A stretch of 35,729 nt of DNA from Ohtaekwangia sp. (GTDB lineage Bacteria; Bacteroidota; Bacteroidia; Cytophagales; Cyclobacteriaceae): NCBI GenBank assembly GCA_035628815.1, contig DASPJC010000293.1:1-35729 (forward strand), given 5' to 3'. The notes under the pieces were generated by a model. The model was not told where the DNA came from. It ran no database searches and saw nothing but the letters and a program-made list of their open reading frames with translations. Made by a program: the position numbers and the translations under genes. Below, piece by piece: positions 34,359 to 35,729 of this stretch. Each line of letters begins with the position of its first letter. Positions within the stretch are counted from its first letter, which is position 1.

Positions 34359-35729
34359 ATGATCCATCGGCATTGGTATACCTGTATCGTCGCTTTTCTT
34401 CTGTATGCCTTCACCCATACGGTGATGGCACAGCAGAAGGTATTGAGCATTTACTTTATCGGTGACGCGGGCGAACCGTCGCTTCCGGAAAATGGCCTTA
34501 AATCCTCTATTCTCGCACATTATGATTCGTCCGTCCGTGCTTCGTTCGTATTCCTCGGTGACAACATTTATCCCAAAGGGCTGCCACCCAAAAACGACCC
34601 CGACCGGGAACTGGCGGATTTTATGCTGAAGGCGCAGGTGGACCTGGCCACGGCTTTTTCCGGAATGGCTTATTTTGTTCCGGGAAATCACGACTGGCAC
34701 CGCGATGGCAAGCACGGGTGGGAGCGTATCATCCTCCAGCAACAATGGATCGATTCGTTAAAAAATCCTTTGGTTCGCTTCCTTCCGAAGGGCGGATGTC
34801 CGGGACCGGTGGCTGTGACGCTGGGGACGGATGTTGTTATGATCGTTATTGATTCGCAATGGTTTCTGCATCCCTGGGATAAGCCCCGGGGGGAGGACAG
34901 TCCATGTGAAATGAAACAGCCGGAGGACGTCGCGCTGCAGTTACAGGAATTGCTCGAACGCCACAAGGGCAAGCGAATTATTGTTGCAGCCCATCACCCG
35001 ATATTCACCTATGGTGAACACGGGGGTTCATTTACGCTGAAGGATCACCTGTTTCCGCTGACCGCGTTTGACTCGTCCAATCTTTATATACCCATGCCGA
35101 TCATCGGGTCGGTGTACCCGCTCTACCGCAAACTCATTGGAAGCCGCCAGGATGTAGCCCATCCGTTGAACAAGCAGTACCGGAATCTTATCCGGAATGT
35201 CCTTGAACAACACACCGGTATCGTATATGCGAACGGGCACGAACATACTTTGCAATACAGTGTGAAGGACAGCATCCATTATGTTACCAGCGGTTCCAGT
35301 GTTAAGGTAAGGCATGTCAGGAAGAAAGGATATGCGCAATTCGTGTCGGCACAACTTGGTTATGTCCGGATGGATGTATTCGGCGACGGAACAGCAGCGT
35401 TGCTTTATTTCGAGGTATTAAAGGAGAAGCCTGTTTTTCAGGTCAGCCTCAAAGCACCGGAACAGCAAGTCGCCTCAGCCGACGAGGTGATACCGCCTAC
35501 CGGACATTTCGTAAAGGTTCATGCGAGTGACCGGTATACGCGGAAGCGAACCAGCCGTTGGTTGGGCGAGAACTACCGGATGGAATGGAAACAGGATCTT
35601 GACGTTCCGGTGTTCGACCTTAGCGGTTGGAAAATTGTTCAAAAGGGCGGCGGAATGCAAACCCTTTCGCTGCGGCTTGAGGATTCCGTCGGGAATCAGT
35701 TTACGCTGAGGAGCGTTGAGAAATATCCG
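34359..35729 (+). CDS. Exported calcineurin-like metallophosphoesterase, multi-domain; 3'-truncated by the window edge (absent from the ORF track)
   Basis: Manual translation from ATG 34359: MIHRHWYTCIVAFLLYAFTHTVMA|QQ..IGDAGE..FLGDNIYPKG..VPGNHDW..AAHHP..GHEH..GGGMQTLSLRL..FTLRSVEKYP. First and last motifs are in the same frame, which runs to the window end. Confidence 0.9.
   Translation, partial: MIHRHWYTCIVAFLLYAFTHTVMAQQKVLSIYFIGDAGEPSLPENGLKSSILAHYDSSVRASFVFLGDNIYPKGLPPKNDPDRELADFMLKAQVDLATAFSGMAYFVPGNHDWHRDGKHGWERIILQQQWIDSLKNPLVRFLPKGGCPGPVAVTLGTDVVMIVIDSQWFLHPWDKPRGEDSPCEMKQPEDVALQLQELLERHKGKRIIVAAHHPIFTYGEHGGSFTLKDHLFPLTAFDSSNLYIPMPIIGSVYPLYRKLIGSRQDVAHPLNKQYRNLIRNVLEQHTGIVYANGHEHTLQYSVKDSIHYVTSGSSVKVRHVRKKGYAQFVSAQLGYVRMDVFGDGTAALLYFEVLKEKPVFQVSLKAPEQQVASADEVIPPTGHFVKVHASDRYTRKRTSRWLGENYRMEWKQDLDVPVFDLSGWKIVQKGGGMQTLSLRLEDSVGNQFTLRSVEKYP

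Noticed and set aside
34209-35660. Minus-strand ORFs of 178, 94, 108 and 61 aa at the window end
   Set aside because: They lie antisense to the + strand metallophosphoesterase, which carries all expected motifs.
1-35729. CRISPR arrays, tRNA/rRNA genes, IS elements, integrases, prophage genes
   Set aside because: No regularly spaced repeats, cloverleaf or rRNA signatures, or transposase/integrase/phage motifs were seen by eye.

Overview
A gene-dense bacterial window, most likely from Bacteroidota. This is inferred from TAnnTTTG -7 promoter elements, Gln directly after most predicted signal peptides, and the gene families present. Ordinary content: the 3' end of an ABC permease, a group II truncated hemoglobin, a type-B carboxylesterase, a REC-histidine kinase, a PQQ/GSDH-family lipoprotein, a pstSCAB-phoU operon divergent from a phosphate-porin-like gene, VOC, kinase, HGSNAT/DUF5009, DUF748 and DUF4197 genes, and a TetR-TolC-HlyD-ABC efflux operon with two visible operators. 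Two loci stand out. (1) 3821-9071: an apparent attenuator-type leader precedes an uncharacterised membrane protein fused to a C-terminal trypsin-like (Nal1-like) serine protease, followed by a large secreted helical protein with a probable C-terminal beta-barrel. This is a candidate trans-envelope protease system. (2) 31647-35729: a six-TM class III nucleotide cyclase with non-canonical specificity residues overlaps tail-to-tail with an HD + Pycsar-effector (DUF5706-like) membrane protein, which is divergent from an exported calcineurin-like phosphoesterase missing from the ORF track. This is a candidate cyclic-nucleotide signalling module. No rRNA, tRNA, CRISPR array or transposase was recognised. 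All family assignments come from motif recognition by eye; no searches were run.
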